Part shown: in pieces, positions 11,724 to 26,210 of the stretch
Layout: each line of letters begins with the position of its first letter
Numbering within the stretch: position 1 is the stretch's first letter
Assembly (NCBI GenBank): GCA_012295275.1
Contig: CM022671.1
Location: 19,282,001 to 19,346,000 of the forward strand
Reading direction: 5' to 3'
Length of the DNA stretch: 64,000 nt
Origin: Chrysomallon squamiferum
Taxonomy: Eukaryota; Animalia; Mollusca
Notes under the pieces: model-generated
Database searches by the model: none
The model's input: only the letters and a program-made list of their open reading frames with translations
What the model was told of the DNA's origin: nothing
Translations under genes and position numbers: made by a program

Positions 11724-12177
11724 GTAAGGATTTATTCATCATATTTTATATATTATGACAGGAAAAAACTGAATAAACATGTTATGATGTCATAAGCCCA
11801 TTTAACTTGTTTTTGTTAAATTTAGGTTAGTGGATGAATTGATTACAGGAAAGAACTGAAAAGAAATTAATGTTAAAATGTAGGTACGATCAACCAAGTA
11901 ATGATAGAAAGTTTTAAAACGCAGCACTAAGTAGTAAGTTCTTATTTTTCAATTCAATTACTACTATTTATATTATTATTATTGTTGTTGTTGTTTTTAT
12001 TGTAAAAATTAGTAAACCATTTTATATACAAATCATCATCATACTGGATGATAATCTTCAATTATACATAATATACGCCACTTTTGTGGTAATACATAAT
12101 TGTATATGTTTGTTTTCAAATAGATTATAACATTGTCAGCTGGAGCACTGATTACTTAGTGAACTGCTTATATGGGA

Positions 12178-12179
12178 CA

Positions 12180-12231
<52 letters not shown>

Positions 12232-12317
12232 TGAAACATGTAAATGACCATGCTTTTTTGAGAAATCATGTTGTTTAATTGGCACAGTGATATACCTAGC
12301 TGGTACATTAGTGGCAA
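12178..12317 (-). mobile_element. Retroposon (SINE/LINE)-like 3' end with (ATT)n tail, copy 1
   Basis: About 90 bp identical to 36815-36905, abutting an (AAT)n tract. Confidence 0.65.
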
Positions 12318-12769
12318 GTAGGTCATTACACATATTCTTAGATACATTAAAATATATTATGGAAACCAATAACAAGCTGAAAGCCCCTTGAATTTAATTT
12401 TGTGCAAATATATTTTTGAAAATATATTAAGTTGCAGACATAAAATATTAAGTATCCTTTCATTACGAATAAAAGAGATAAAAAAAAGAAAAAGAAAAAA
12501 AAAGTAAAAATTATAATGTAAAATGAACAATTAACTCATAAAAATCTATATCATTTATCTTTTTTCTTCCTAACATTAACAGATAAATAATAAAAAGTTA
12601 CTAGGATACAAGTTTGAATAACAATATCAAGCCAAACAGTTGAAAGCTAACACTATTATAGTCAGTAAAAATCACTTTATTAATAAATACTGAAATTACT
12701 TATATAGTTTACATTCTCTACTTATTTCAGATCCATGTACTCAATATCTGTTAAAGATCTTTGTAAATC

Positions 12770-13103
12770 ATGAGTCTGAGACACACTTTAAAATCTAGAT
12801 TCAAGGGAGACAAGTATGAAGAGAAACATTCTCCCAAAACATCAAGGGGCAGAACTTTTAGTGACTCCAGTATAAAAGATGAGGTAATGTTCTTTCAGTA
12901 CTATAAATATGAATAATGAAAAAAATGTTTTAACAAGTGTCATAAATTAATTAATATTTTATATATATGTAAATACATATTTGTTTATATTTAGAAATGT
13001 TACAAAAAGTCTCTTAATTTTTTCAATCTAATAAACAGAAATAATAATTTTTTAATAAATTGATAAACCATTATTTGTAAATTGTGTATCATGCTTGTTC
13101 GTT

Positions 13104-13134
<31 letters not shown>

Positions 13135-14247
13135 ATGCGTGTGTATGCGTCTGCATATAAATATGTAGATATCAGCATGTGTGATTTGCATATGGATATG
13201 TATGTGTGTATATGGTAAACACAATTATAGTACTTTATACACTAGTAAAAATGAAAATGATTAGACTTGTTTGGATAATTATGTTAAACAAATATTTTAA
13301 TACACATTACATATTAGAGATGGTTCTAAGCAATATCATATTATTTTAAGGAATAATTTCTTTGCATGAAATGATATATACTGTAATATGATTTGTACAT
13401 AATTTTACTGATATGTGTATAAATAAACTTTTGTTTTGTTGTTGTTTATGTCTCTGTAATCCAAATATTGGTAATAATGTTGGCTACTTGCAAGAATTTA
13501 GCCAAGTGGATAAGTGAGTGGATAGAGTAAGTGACCATAATCTGAAACATAGTCTTTGTTAATAATAAAGTTTGGCAATCAGATATCAAATTCTTGAGAA
13601 TGCATGGAGGCACTAATATTTTGTAAAGACAACAAACTAAAAAAACATGAAAGACTGAGTAAATCACCATCAGTTTGTCATGAATTAGTTTTACATTTAT
13701 ATGTTAGTCCTGTGCATATTCATTAGTTTGTTACTTTAATGTGATACCTAATTATTAGCAAGATTGGCCACAGATAATTAGAATATCCATTAAACTAATT
13801 GTTTATACCACAGAAAGTATATTTTAAATGACAAAATTTAAATTATTTGTAATATTTTAATCTAATATGTTGTTAAAAACTTTTAAAACACTGATGTATC
13901 TGTCAGATCTACTAAGCATTTTCTGTTAACAGACATTTGAAGTTCAGGAGCTTAATAAAGAAGAAGATATTTTTCATGAAGCTTATTGTGACTCACCCAG
14001 CAGCAATGGCTCTGTTTTTAAAGACGGCAGTGAACGTTTAATATATGAACAACAACTGACACAGCTACAAGAACAGCTTGTTGGTGTGATGATAGAAAAC
14101 CAGAATTTACGTAAGTCCTCTTAATTCATTTAACATTTGATACTTTCTTCTTTATCATTAGTAGACAGTTTGTATTAAATGAATGTAAATGAATTTATGG
14201 ACTTGATTAATATCTGGATAATTTCCTTATTTCTGCTCAGTATGTTA

Positions 14248-14280
<33 letters not shown>

Positions 14281-17200
14281 CATTGAATATATTAGTGTGT
14301 TGAAACAGATGGTGATATTTAAATAACTTTTATACAGCTAGAAACTCTACTCCCATGTTTTGTTAGTACTGCTGTAGTTTGTGAAGGTGAGTTGACTGAA
14401 CCTGGTTAAATTTCTGTTTGGAACTATCATTGTATAGTTTTTAAACATACATTGAAACATATTGAAAAGAATGATTAAATTCTTCATGAGTAAGTTGAAG
14501 AAAAAATTATTTTTCACAGAAACAGAATTAAGCCATTTCAAGGAAACAAGTTTTCTGGACAAACTTAAACAAGAGTTAGAATATGAAAAGAAAAAATGTC
14601 TGCATTTGGAAAATCGCTGCAAGTCTTTATTGAAAAGAAAGTAAGTTAAATTAGCAAATAAGAAGAAATTAAAAAGTTAATTTAACCATCTTTGTAATGT
14701 TGCCCTTTGTATGAAATGGAATAGTAAAATAACCACAAATAAAATATATTTGTTGTTGATCATGAAAAATACAAAACAAAAAAACAACCAAAAACCCTCT
14801 TAATATTGGAGTATTTTATATTCTCAATAATTCAGGAATGATAAACATTAAGTATTTATTTTTATAATCCTCTGTGCTATAGAAAGAAAAAGAAGAGCAG
14901 CTCTCCAGAGAGTGATGAGAGCCAGGAAAAGCCAAAGTCTGAAGCAGCTGCTGTTGTTGCTGCAGATGCTGTAGAAGATGATGTTGGTTTGTACCAAAAA
15001 TCTTTTACAAAGTTTATTTAATAAATTCAACAACCTTGTTCAGATTTATAAAAAAGATTAATAATTGAGTCTTTGCTGTACTGTTTCATTATCAAATTCT
15101 ATTTCTGAGATTTGTTTCCAGTGAATCTACAAAAGTTTTTTTCGGTGTCATTTAATTCAAAATTACAAACTATGCTCAATGAAACATACTATCAAGACTT
15201 TGTTTTTAATGTGATTTTATTAGTAACAATCTCTATTTATGAGTCAGTTTTCAGCCAATCTAAATTTAATGTTCAGGTCAACACTCATGTTCTAAATTGG
15301 TAATTCTGGAAGCACTTTTCAGTCTGTTCCAATACACAAAATCTTGCTTATTTCTTAATCTAATATTATCAATTCATAGATATGTGAATTAAAACTTTAA
15401 ATGAATTTTATTATGGCAAAATTCAGTTTGGGTGAAAAGGCACTATAGGAACTAGTGGATGCCAATTAGTACAATTCCCCAAAACCCATAATATCAAGAC
15501 TTTGTTTTATTATAACTATCTGTTTATGAGCCTATTTCCATTAATCTAAATTCAGAATTTTTGTCTGCAGTTATAAAACACATAATATTAAGACTTCTGT
15601 TTTTTTCTGTATCAAAAATATTTCTATTTATGACACTAATTTCCAAATGAAATTCAGATATTTTTACCTAAGTTTCACCTTGTAGTTCCAGTCATTGAAT
15701 TGCAAAGCAAATATTAGTTTTAAATAAGAAAGAACAGTGTTTTGCACACAAACCATATAACTAACTCATTGTTAATTTTAATATTATATTTCATTAACAA
15801 GTATTGAGGAAAGAACAATAGCAATATTATTTTATTTTTGTATAGCTGTTGCTGTTGTGAACAGGAATTATATCTGCTTTTTGCATTCATGATTATAATT
15901 AAAAGAATATAATATAATTTAATACATTATATAAGCTTCATTTAAAAGTGTTAACACATTAACCAAAAGTAATGTATCATATACGTTCAAACTTTCAAAT
16001 TTTAAACAGTCAAGTCTATTTTTGTTTATTTATTTTATTATTTTGTTTAATTTATTATTATTTCTAAACCAACTTTATACTTAGAAATTAAATATATTTT
16101 TTCTTTTTATATTATATTTTTTGTTCTAGAATGGACAGTTGTTGAATCTGAATATGGTAAGATAATGCTGTTAATTTCATAAACCAATGTTTTTTAAAGT
16201 TTCTAAAAGTTATGGCTCCTTTTTTATAATTTGCACTGTGCCTATAGTTTGGTTGTGCCTATAGTTGCATAATTAGAAAAACTATTTTGAATGATTAAAA
16301 ACAGATGGAGCAGATTTAATTTTTTTGTTACAATAAAAGTTTATAAAATGCAAGAATTACATTTGAGTGTTATGTAAGTATTATTTTTTTGAACTGAAAG
16401 TAACCTATTCAGAATGTTCAATTTGTTTTGATATATTTATCATTATTTAAAAAACAAATGTAAATATTATCATTACAGAATTATTAGTTATCACAGATGG
16501 TAATTTGGATTTTTACAGCTGTTGCAGTTCAGTCCATGTTTGTTCTCTAAAATGTTAATCATTATAAAATATTCAAAAACTAGCTTAAGCATGATCTTTA
16601 TTTTAGTTTATTACAGGGTTTTTTACAGTGTGTTTGAAAAATTAAATTCCTGTTAACTTGTCAGTAAAAATTATTTTATATGATGATACTTAATACTAAT
16701 AGTTATTACAGTTTTGTTTTTGTTATTATTATTACTATTATTAAAAATTCTGTTTTTTCTCCTTTTTTATATTCTTTCTAGCTTGTCCTCTACAAATCTA
16801 CATGTAACTAATACGTTATGTATATAACACCTTTGCTTCAGTCATGATTTTAGTGAAGAATACTTGTTAGGTATATTCAATTACATTGCTGTGAAGTGAA
16901 AGCAAATCTGCATCACCCCCATATCAATAACCTTGATGCTTTGAAGCTGAACAGCCCACCAACATTTCATTTGTTTATAATTATTTTATTTATTTATTTA
17001 TTTTTTGTTCTGTATTAAGAATAAAACTAACATTTGTCTGCTGTGATATGAGCAATATGAATACAATTCTAAGCAATCCTTTTTTAATACTTGAGTCCCA
17101 CTACTCTGTTTAAATTTACTAAAACATTGATTCAGTATTAATAATTGTTTATTAGGTAAGATAATAAAATACAGTTGTCTTAAAAGTTGCTAGCTAAATG

Positions 17201-20200
17201 AAATAGCATTAAAAGTAGTAAATAAAATTTATATTATTTCACATGGATACATTATGTACAATATTTTTTTAATGCATGTATGTATGAGAGAAAAAAACAG
17301 CTTCACTTATGGTTATGGGTCTTTCTTTCACAAGCACCTTAATATAGAAATGAAAGAACCCAATTCTTGTTAAACCATTCATAAACAAGTGAGTTCACTT
17401 AGGGGAATTGACTCATCAAATTAGAACTTTAACCTCTCTAACCATGCTCACCCCTTTTGTATATAAGAAAAATAACCAAGTGTTTTCATTTTGCATTTTG
17501 CCAAATGACCATTAATTGTAAGCAGTGTTGTGCATAATATGTCTAAAACATCATTGGTGTCATTTATAAGGAGGCTGCTGTAAGAAGTGAATGTAGTTCT
17601 GAAAACTGACATTTTACAAATTTTATAGAATATGAGATATTCTTAGTATTGCCATTTGTTTTTGACAGTATTTTCAAAATGTGAATAATTAATATTTGAG
17701 GGAAGAATTAAAATGGAAAAGGAAATAATTATATAGTGTTTTACAGGTTTAGTACATATATGTACTTCTATACCTTTATCAATGTGTGTGTGTGTTTGAG
17801 CGAAAACATTTGTGAATATTTTGTTTTTATTACATGTGTGTGAGTGTGTGTGTGTAGTATGGTCTCTAATGGTATATGTACTATTATTTAATCTTAATAA
17901 ACTGTTTAACAATAATATTCTGTTTATCAGTATGCTAGTGCATATTTATTGATGTATGCTTTAGACTGTTAATGAGTTTGATGGGTATTAACACTTCAGA
18001 GGAAAAAAGCCTGTATTTTCTGTTATTTTAGATGAAAGACCAGCAGAAAAGAAATATATGGAGGAGAAAAATAAGTCATTGTTTGACAAGATGTGGGAAG
18101 TTGTTATGAATGCTGCCTATGAAATGGTTGAAGATTTCTCCGAGGTCCCAACTCCTGAACAAAATGAGGATCCTGAAGGAGAGCCTCTTTCTCCTACAAA
18201 GTAAATAATTTTTTTTTAAGATTAAATATTATTAGATAATATGATGAAACAAATAAAATGTGTAATTATTTTCAAATATTGCATAATTTCAAATTTCAGT
18301 ACTTTGAAACCACAAACTGTTAGAAAATGTTCAGGCTATGTTAGGCATATCTTTGTGTATCTGGTTTTAAATTAATGTCAAAATGAAATTTATATATTTA
18401 TTAAAACAAATTTTTTTTTTTCTTTTTTTTTTTTAATCAGGCTAAAAGACAACATTAAAAGATTTGGTATGTATTAAATCTGAATAGATAACACAGCTGT
18501 GTTGACTAACAAATATTGATAAAAAACAATAAAACTAAGAAATATTATAATTAGTAGAAAAAAATGAAAATTATAGGGCAAACTGAACATTAACCTGTAT
18601 TGTCATGACATTTTTCTTTTCATAAAATGGATTAAATAAATTACTGGAGACTGCAAATAAAATGTACCAGTATTTGTTATATTTTATCTACATTCTATAA
18701 GAATGAACAAAATATATTTATTTAACTTTTCAGTAAATCAATGAAAACTTTTTTGTTTTTGTAGGTACTGCCTGCAAGCCATACCTTAATACTGTGAGAG
18801 GGTTTTATGATTTGATAACGTGGAAATGTCCTCCTTATACTCTTATAGTTTTCATTGTAAGTATGGACCTGTTAAAAGCATTGTGAATCTTTTTATAACT
18901 GATTATTTGAATCCATTTATTTTTGTTTTGTATTGCATTTGCTAATCCAAATCTTCAGCCATTATTAGTTTGTAGATGTTATTTATAGTACCTTTGTTAC
19001 TTATTGTTTTTGATATTAATAATTTTCAGTTATAATATTCAGTTATGTTTTACTGAAGTTATATATATGTAAGAAAATATATATGAAATTTTGCCACTGT
19101 AATAAGAATTATTTTATTTTTGTCACACACACACACAAATACACATGTACATTGTTATGAGTTGTAATACCTTAAAATAGTACTTTTTTTTAATATTGAT
19201 TTCATTTCTTATTTATATAAAACAAATTTTTAAATTAGACATTGTAACAGAATTACTGTTTATAGTGAAAACTTTTTATATTTTTTTTTTTATTAATTGT
19301 ATTTTCAGGTTTATATGTATTCTGTGTACATGGGATGGTTCCTGCCTGTAGTTCTGTTCTGTTTTACATTTCGACTGTCTATCAGCTATCTCAGATACAG
19401 GTAATTGTGAAAACATTTGCTGAAAACATTCAAAATACTTTTACTAGAAGTATATTAAAAGTATTGTAGGTTGCTATAGTTGAATGAAAATCTCAGTGAA
19501 CTCAAAGCAAGTTATAAACAACTATTTCAATGATTTAAATGTTAAATCTTTATATTCTGACACTCCTTTCATTTAACGATTGTAAATCAAACTTGTTTTC
19601 TTGATCAGTGAAATGTAATATATTTATGTTTTTCAGTTTAACATAATCATTTTCATGTTAAATATTAACAAAAATAGTACTGACAATATTGAAACAGTAA
19701 TTTAACAAATAACTAATAAGACAACTTATTTTATACATTGTTTATTCCTTTATTTAAACTGTTCAGAATTTTAGTTTATTTTCTGTTTTGACATCTTGCA
19801 GATTTTTTAGTATTTAAATTGTTATTATTGTAGTGGCATTATGTAGTGTAGGTGCACCTATGTCACACTTCATGCGCTCATTGCTAAATTTTGTAATATA
19901 CTGTTATGTGGTCCATTTTCTAACAAACAACAAAGCTCTGAAAGTGAAACATGGCTGCCAGCTTAACATTTGCGTTTGTTAAACTTGCTTTGAAAATAAT
20001 ATTCATGGTCCTCTAAGACAGATGTTTATTTTGTTTGCAAAATTCTCATGATAAATGGCAAGTTAAACTCAAATTTCAGGATCATAATTATAACTATACA
20101 AAACAAGAGTATAATAAAATTATTTTCTGTGATTCCAAGGAATTTTGCTCAAATGCTGAAATACAAATAATCACTTTTTTAATATCAATAATTATTTTTT

Positions 20201-22466
20201 AAACTTGGTTTATTTTCCTTGAAGTATTGATTAACTCTATCAGAGTGAATACCAACAGTGGTCAGATGATAGGTAACTTTTGTTTGCAGTCAAGTCACAG
20301 CAATACAAAAGCTAAGAAAACGTTTTTTAAGTTTCTGTTTCAAATATCTGCTTATCATACCTGTGCCTTTAATTGCTTTTAGTTTCATGATAACACCTTT
20401 CTAGAATTGGTCACAAGCATTAGCTGAGTTAGTGTATTCCAAAAGATTATGGTTAAAGATCAAATACTTGTAGTTATTTAAGTAACACAAAAAACACTCG
20501 GGTATGACAGGCACACACACACCCATACACATCGCATCTTTTTTAACTTGTTACAACTAAATATTTATAATATTTAAGTCTAAAAAATTATCGTACATAT
20601 GTGAAGAAAGTTTTGCTATGCTATTCAAACTTGTTAGACACATCTCATTTTTTTCAAAACTTATAAAAGTGACATCATGTGACATTTTAAGCACGTTAAA
20701 ATGCAATTATTCAGAATACTTTAAAAATGCATCAGAAGTTCAAACATATTATGTGACATTAAAATGTCAAAAAAAACAACAACTAATAAATAAATAAAAA
20801 AAACTAAAATAAAAAAAAATTAAATTAAAATTTAATTTAATGAGGGAAATAATGGAAAATCAGCCACTCTTTAAACAAAAAAATTAACTAATATGGAAAA
20901 CATTTATAAATATTAATTCATTATTGCTGTAACCTTTTTTTTTCAAAGTTTTATGCAAGTGATGAGTTATTCTACAACACATCGCCACTGCGTTTGTCTG
21001 AATTCAGTAGCTTCAGGCATATGAGTGGAACTACTGATTACAGTGCCATCTACAAAAAACAGATGATTTTAGTACCTATAGCTGCAGCACCAGTATCAGT
21101 ATCATTAACCGTATTTATTTATTTATTTATTTATATTGCATTTTAGAGGATGGAATATTAACTTCAATTTTTTTGACAAAGGAGAAGAAGAAAAGGTATG
21201 TTTGATGTGTCTTTATTTTATAAATAGTTAATGATGTGTATATTTTAATGTTGTAATCACAGTAGTTTGATAATTGTGTTATTGATGTATTTTTTCAATC
21301 AGTAAATATTTCCATTTTCTAATAGACTTTGTTTAATATTTCATTAGGATACTGAAGACAGTAAGGATTTGAAAGTGTCAGCCAAGTTCAATCTAGTTTT
21401 ACTTGTAGCAAGAAAGGCTCAGGTTTGTTAATTATGTGTCTCTAAATCTGTACTTGTTTAATTTATACACAGAGATGTATGAGCAAACTCTTTAACAAAT
21501 AATTTTTTTCTTATCTTATGAATTAACAGACATGGATAAAGAGGAATTTGTGTTTTTGATTTCTGACAAAAAATGTTGCATTCTACATTGGCAGAGTATG
21601 TAAAGTTTAACAGTTAACAGGTTAAAAAATATTGTTTTTCTTTTTGAAATACGAACACAAATATGAACTCACAACCACATGCATGCACATCTTGTTTTCT
21701 CAGTTTTGAATGTTACATTTTTAGTAATAATTTGGACTTTTTTCTCTTTGAAAATGAGTAGATAAATATTATGTAGAAGTATATGTATGTATGCTATTGT
21801 TTTTCAGAACATTTTAGGATCACTAGCAGACAGCTTGGAAAAGATTAAAAAGTGAGAGCTAATTAAAATTACTGGTGACAATAATGCTAGCTCATTTAAG
21901 AACCGCAATTTGTTATATTTACTGGATATATACAGAGGGATGTGTGTGCTGATTGAGAGAAGGGGAGACGACAGAGAGAAATATAACTACACATATTCAC
22001 ATACAAACACCACAAAATTAGTAATATTTCTCTTTAATTTATTTCAGAAAATAATTTTTGTCTTCTTTTTTCATTTTAACTTTAATTTTCAGTTTCTTGG
22101 CTTTGCACTTTGTTTTGCAGTTTCATTCTCACTCTCTTTTCTTCTATCTTAGTATGTTTGAATTTTATTATTCCATTTTTCTCTCTGTCTATATGTTTTT
22201 CATTTCTCTAACTTGTTCTTTTCCCTTCATGGGTAAAAGATAAAAGTATATTAAAATAACTATGAGATATATATTTTTTTTTTCAGCTTATTAACTTGGC
22301 GTCATCCCTCAGCAACAAAAGAGGTTTTTCTTAAACTTCTCTGTGCAAGTATTGTGTCGTCATTGTGCCCTGCAAATTATCTCTTCTATTTTGCAGGTGA
22401 CAGAATATTTAATTTAATTTATTAACAAATGAATTAATTGTTTGATAAACACACCCAACCACTCAT

Positions 22467-22513
<47 letters not shown>

Positions 22514-22805
22514 AAGTTTAATCTTAAAATTAAAGTTTTGTTTTTGTTGTTAAATTTAAAAGTTTCCTTTCCTAACAGATATTAGTGTTAGTACATTTAG
22601 TAACAACAGCAGAATATCAATTTAGGTTGGCATGTCAACAGCAGCTGTTGTTTATTACACATGTAAATCTAACCATTATTTACATATCATTTCACTGAAA
22701 TGGGCAACCAGATCATTATTTACATTTAATTAAAGAGATCTTAAAATATGTTTCCAGAATTGGTTTAACAAATTAAATTATTATTAAAATAAATGTGTAT
22801 GTGTA

Positions 22806-22847
<42 letters not shown>

Positions 22848-25800
22848 AAATTATGAACAAATTAAAAAAGGTTTCTCTTAAGATTTTAATATACAAAAAT
22901 ATATTTAATTAATTATGAATGTTGGTTTAATTGCAGTTATCTTGATTACAAAACTAATATAGTTTTCCTTTATTTTAATTTGCTAAATTAATATTGTAGG
23001 ACTTTACATTGGTATAAAACTGTTTATCATTGACTATCTGTTCCTGAATTTCCCACGACTGAAACACAAATATGACTCAACATACAAGATATGGCAGGAA
23101 CTCCCCACTGATGCTGAATATGAGAAAAGGCTCACAAAATCTGAGATAGATAAGGTATTTTGTAATTTGATATCTTTAATTTTCAGTAATGGAAAATAGC
23201 ATATCATGATAAACAAAATAAAACCACATACATACTCACTTCTATCTCATATTTTCATAAAGAAAATTTTTTATTTTAGAAAATGTATATTCAGTAATCA
23301 TAAACTGAACAGCATTAACAAGACACACAGGCATATGTTTGTAAGATCATACACTGGTATTTTAAAGTGAAACTATATTATTTTAATATATACCTTTTTT
23401 TGTAAATAGTTAAAATGAATTTGGGTTTTTCTCACTTGTATTTGAAAAACTAACAAGGACTGTTAATATTAAATATTTTTTTATTTTTTTTTTATTTCTT
23501 GCTTTTGTTAAACTTTAGAAAGTCTGCAGAAAATGTTTGCAAATACTAAAAGTGCTAGTGTTCAATATTTTACAAATATTGTATTTATTATGAAAGATAA
23601 AATTATTATATATTTGCATTTATTGCCTGCTAAACTTAACATAAGGAATGAGTTTTGTTTTTACTCAAATTTTATTTGTTTTAAAAAATCTAAACATTAA
23701 AATAAATTGATCTTCTGAACTGCAGTATATTCTTCCCAAGAGAGATAACTCTGCTGAATCTGATACATTTGATATTTCTGGATTGTCATCAGAAGACAAG
23801 ACATTTTGTGAACTCTTTTCTCTTCCTCTTTCAGAAAGTCCACTTCCAGGCAAGTTTTTTTTCTGAGCTGTAATAAATAGCTTTAGTTTCCATTTTTAAA
23901 TTACTGATATTTAAAGTCAATTTTATTTGCAACAAAACAGTCAGTATTGTGGCATGATAATTAATTTTGTATGCATAGGTTTTCACACTTTTAATATTAA
24001 CATATCTTGTTATTAGAAGTCTGTACAAGAGTGTGATTATTTTGTTTTTTTTATTTCAGACTGGCGAGGAGGAAGACGCTGCACACTGATAAATCGTGAC
24101 CGACCTTTGTCAGCAGCTTTCAAAAATGGAAAACTCTATCTTACAAGAAGGTAGGAATGTCTTGATGTGACTATTTATTATGTTAGGTTTTAATAAATAG
24201 AAAAACATTTATCTTAAGCATTTTAACTGTTCTTTGCTTTTTGGATTGGAAAAATGTTATTGCTGTTTACTGTTTCTGCTACTTCTCAGCTGGTTATCTG
24301 AAGTTGTTTCTGCTTTGTTTTGTTTATGGTGAATAAAAAACTTTCTTAGTTATTATTAAATCTGAGAGGTGGCAGTAAGGATTTGATTGATGAAATAATA
24401 TGTTTCATCTGATAATTTCATATAGCTGAGAATTTCCATTTAACATCAGTCAGGTTAACTTAAACATGAAACAAACATTTATGAAGTAGTTGGAGGGAGC
24501 TTTATGGTAGTTTTTTTCTTGATAATCTGAATGTGTCATAACTGATAAAAATAGTATATCTGTATATTTCTGTGTATGATTATTCACAAAATGCTCTGAG
24601 GTAAAAATACATTGGAATTTAACTGCTGAAATTGTTGCTGTTATTACACTAAATTATTTTTGTGTTTTTTAGTACAAATTTCTGATGTTTTTGCATATTT
24701 TATATTTTGGAGGAAGTAATTTTTGATATATGGACTTTTCTTTTGTGTTGTGGAATCAATTAAATTCAAAAATCTTCTTCCTGGATTGTGGACACCAGAT
24801 TAAAGTTTCAGTCTTGTATATTTAATTCATGAAACTTTGTAATTTAATATTGTCTATTTATAATGTAAAACTGTCAATGTACTTTTTAAAATTATTTGTA
24901 TTTGATGCAAATGGTAAAGGAATGGAGGTTTTGGGTATTATATCATCTTTAATGTTAGTTTCCTGTTCATTTTTTTTCTCTTAATTTTGTGTCATCTTTT
25001 GCATGTTTCAGTTTCTTGTGCTTTGAAAAAACAAAATCACCATCTCCGACAAACATTGTTATTCCACTGTCAGATATAACCAAGGTAGAAAAGGTTAGCA
25101 ATTTACACATATTTTACAATTTAAAACTTTCAGGTATATGAAAAATACTTCTAAACCAATAATACAAGATATATATTATGCTTTATAAAGAAGAATACAA
25201 TTATAGTTAAATAATACATAATTAATTAATTTATTAGTACTGCTGTTATTATTGTTTGTTTGCAATTTATATATTTCCTGTTAAGATGTAAATGTATGGA
25301 ATGGAATTTTAATTTTTTTAATTTAAGCAAACTAATAATAATAATAATCATATTGACTGTGTTTAAATAAAAATAAAAATATTAATTTCTAAAATGTAAT
25401 CTCTTGCTAAGTCAAATCTGAGTCTATCATCAATTGTTGTTTTTGTTTTCTTTTGTTTTTACAAATATTTTACAGTATATATATATATATATTTCTAATT
25501 TCTATATCCATCTTACTTATTGTCTGATTGTGTGTCTTTCATCTCTCTCAGAGTAATAATTTGTTTTCTTAATTTGCATGTTGGCATCTTGCATTTATCA
25601 TAAATTTTCTGTTTTTAAAATTATTCTTGATTCTAAAATTTTCATACATTATTATTTTTTGTTTTTTATTTATTTATAAAATAAAAATCATTTTCTTTGT
25701 TTTATTTTTCTGTTTATAAAACAAATAGCCATAAAAGCTGAATATAATAGTATAAAATAATATATAATATTATCTTTTATTATAGGCTAAGCCGTATTCA

Positions 25801-26210
25801 TGGATGCCTGGTGGTGGTATGGCTATTGAAATTGGAATGCAGGGTTCAAATAAGGTATTTAATTACATCTTTTTTTAAAAACATATATTACTTAGCACAT
25901 TAGAAACTAAATACGCACACACACACATGCAGTAAGCTTTTTGTATTTGCTTATTATAGACATTAATTATTATTACTAATTTTTGGCATGTATTTTTTTA
26001 CGTATGAATGTATGTGTGCACATATTAATTTTTCATTTATTTATTTCCAGACAACATTTTTGAAATAATATCTATTATATTTTATTGGAATTTTTTCAGA
26101 TATTTGGGGCAATATTAAACCGAGATGAAGTGTTTGAGAGTATTATTGAGGCTGGAAAAGCAGCTGGTTTGCAGTGGGCTTGCCAGTCTAATACTACTGA
26201 TGTTACATAA
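12770..26210 (+). CDS. GRAMD4: GRAM domain-containing protein 4 (~610 aa, 19 coding exons)
   Basis: Exons 12770-12883, 13933-14110, 14520-14640, 14883-14986, 16130-16156, 18032-18200, 18441-18466, 18765-18856, 19309-19400, 21147-21195, 21348-21422, 21808-21851, 22287-22396, 23000-23154, 23726-23849, 24060-24150, 25012-25093, 25786-25854, 26100-26210 splice in frame. Protein has a coiled coil, EPLSPTKLKDNIKRF, a TM region (YMYSVYMGWFLP) and a C-terminal GRAM domain (NGKLYLTRSFLCFE...MPGGGMAIEI...IFGAILNRDEVFE). Confidence 0.9.
15180..15665. repeat. Three degenerate direct repeats (~90-110 bp) in a GRAMD4 intron
   Basis: cata.tat.aagacttt...ctatttatga...aaatt motif at ~15185, ~15487 and ~15580. 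Confidence 0.6.
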
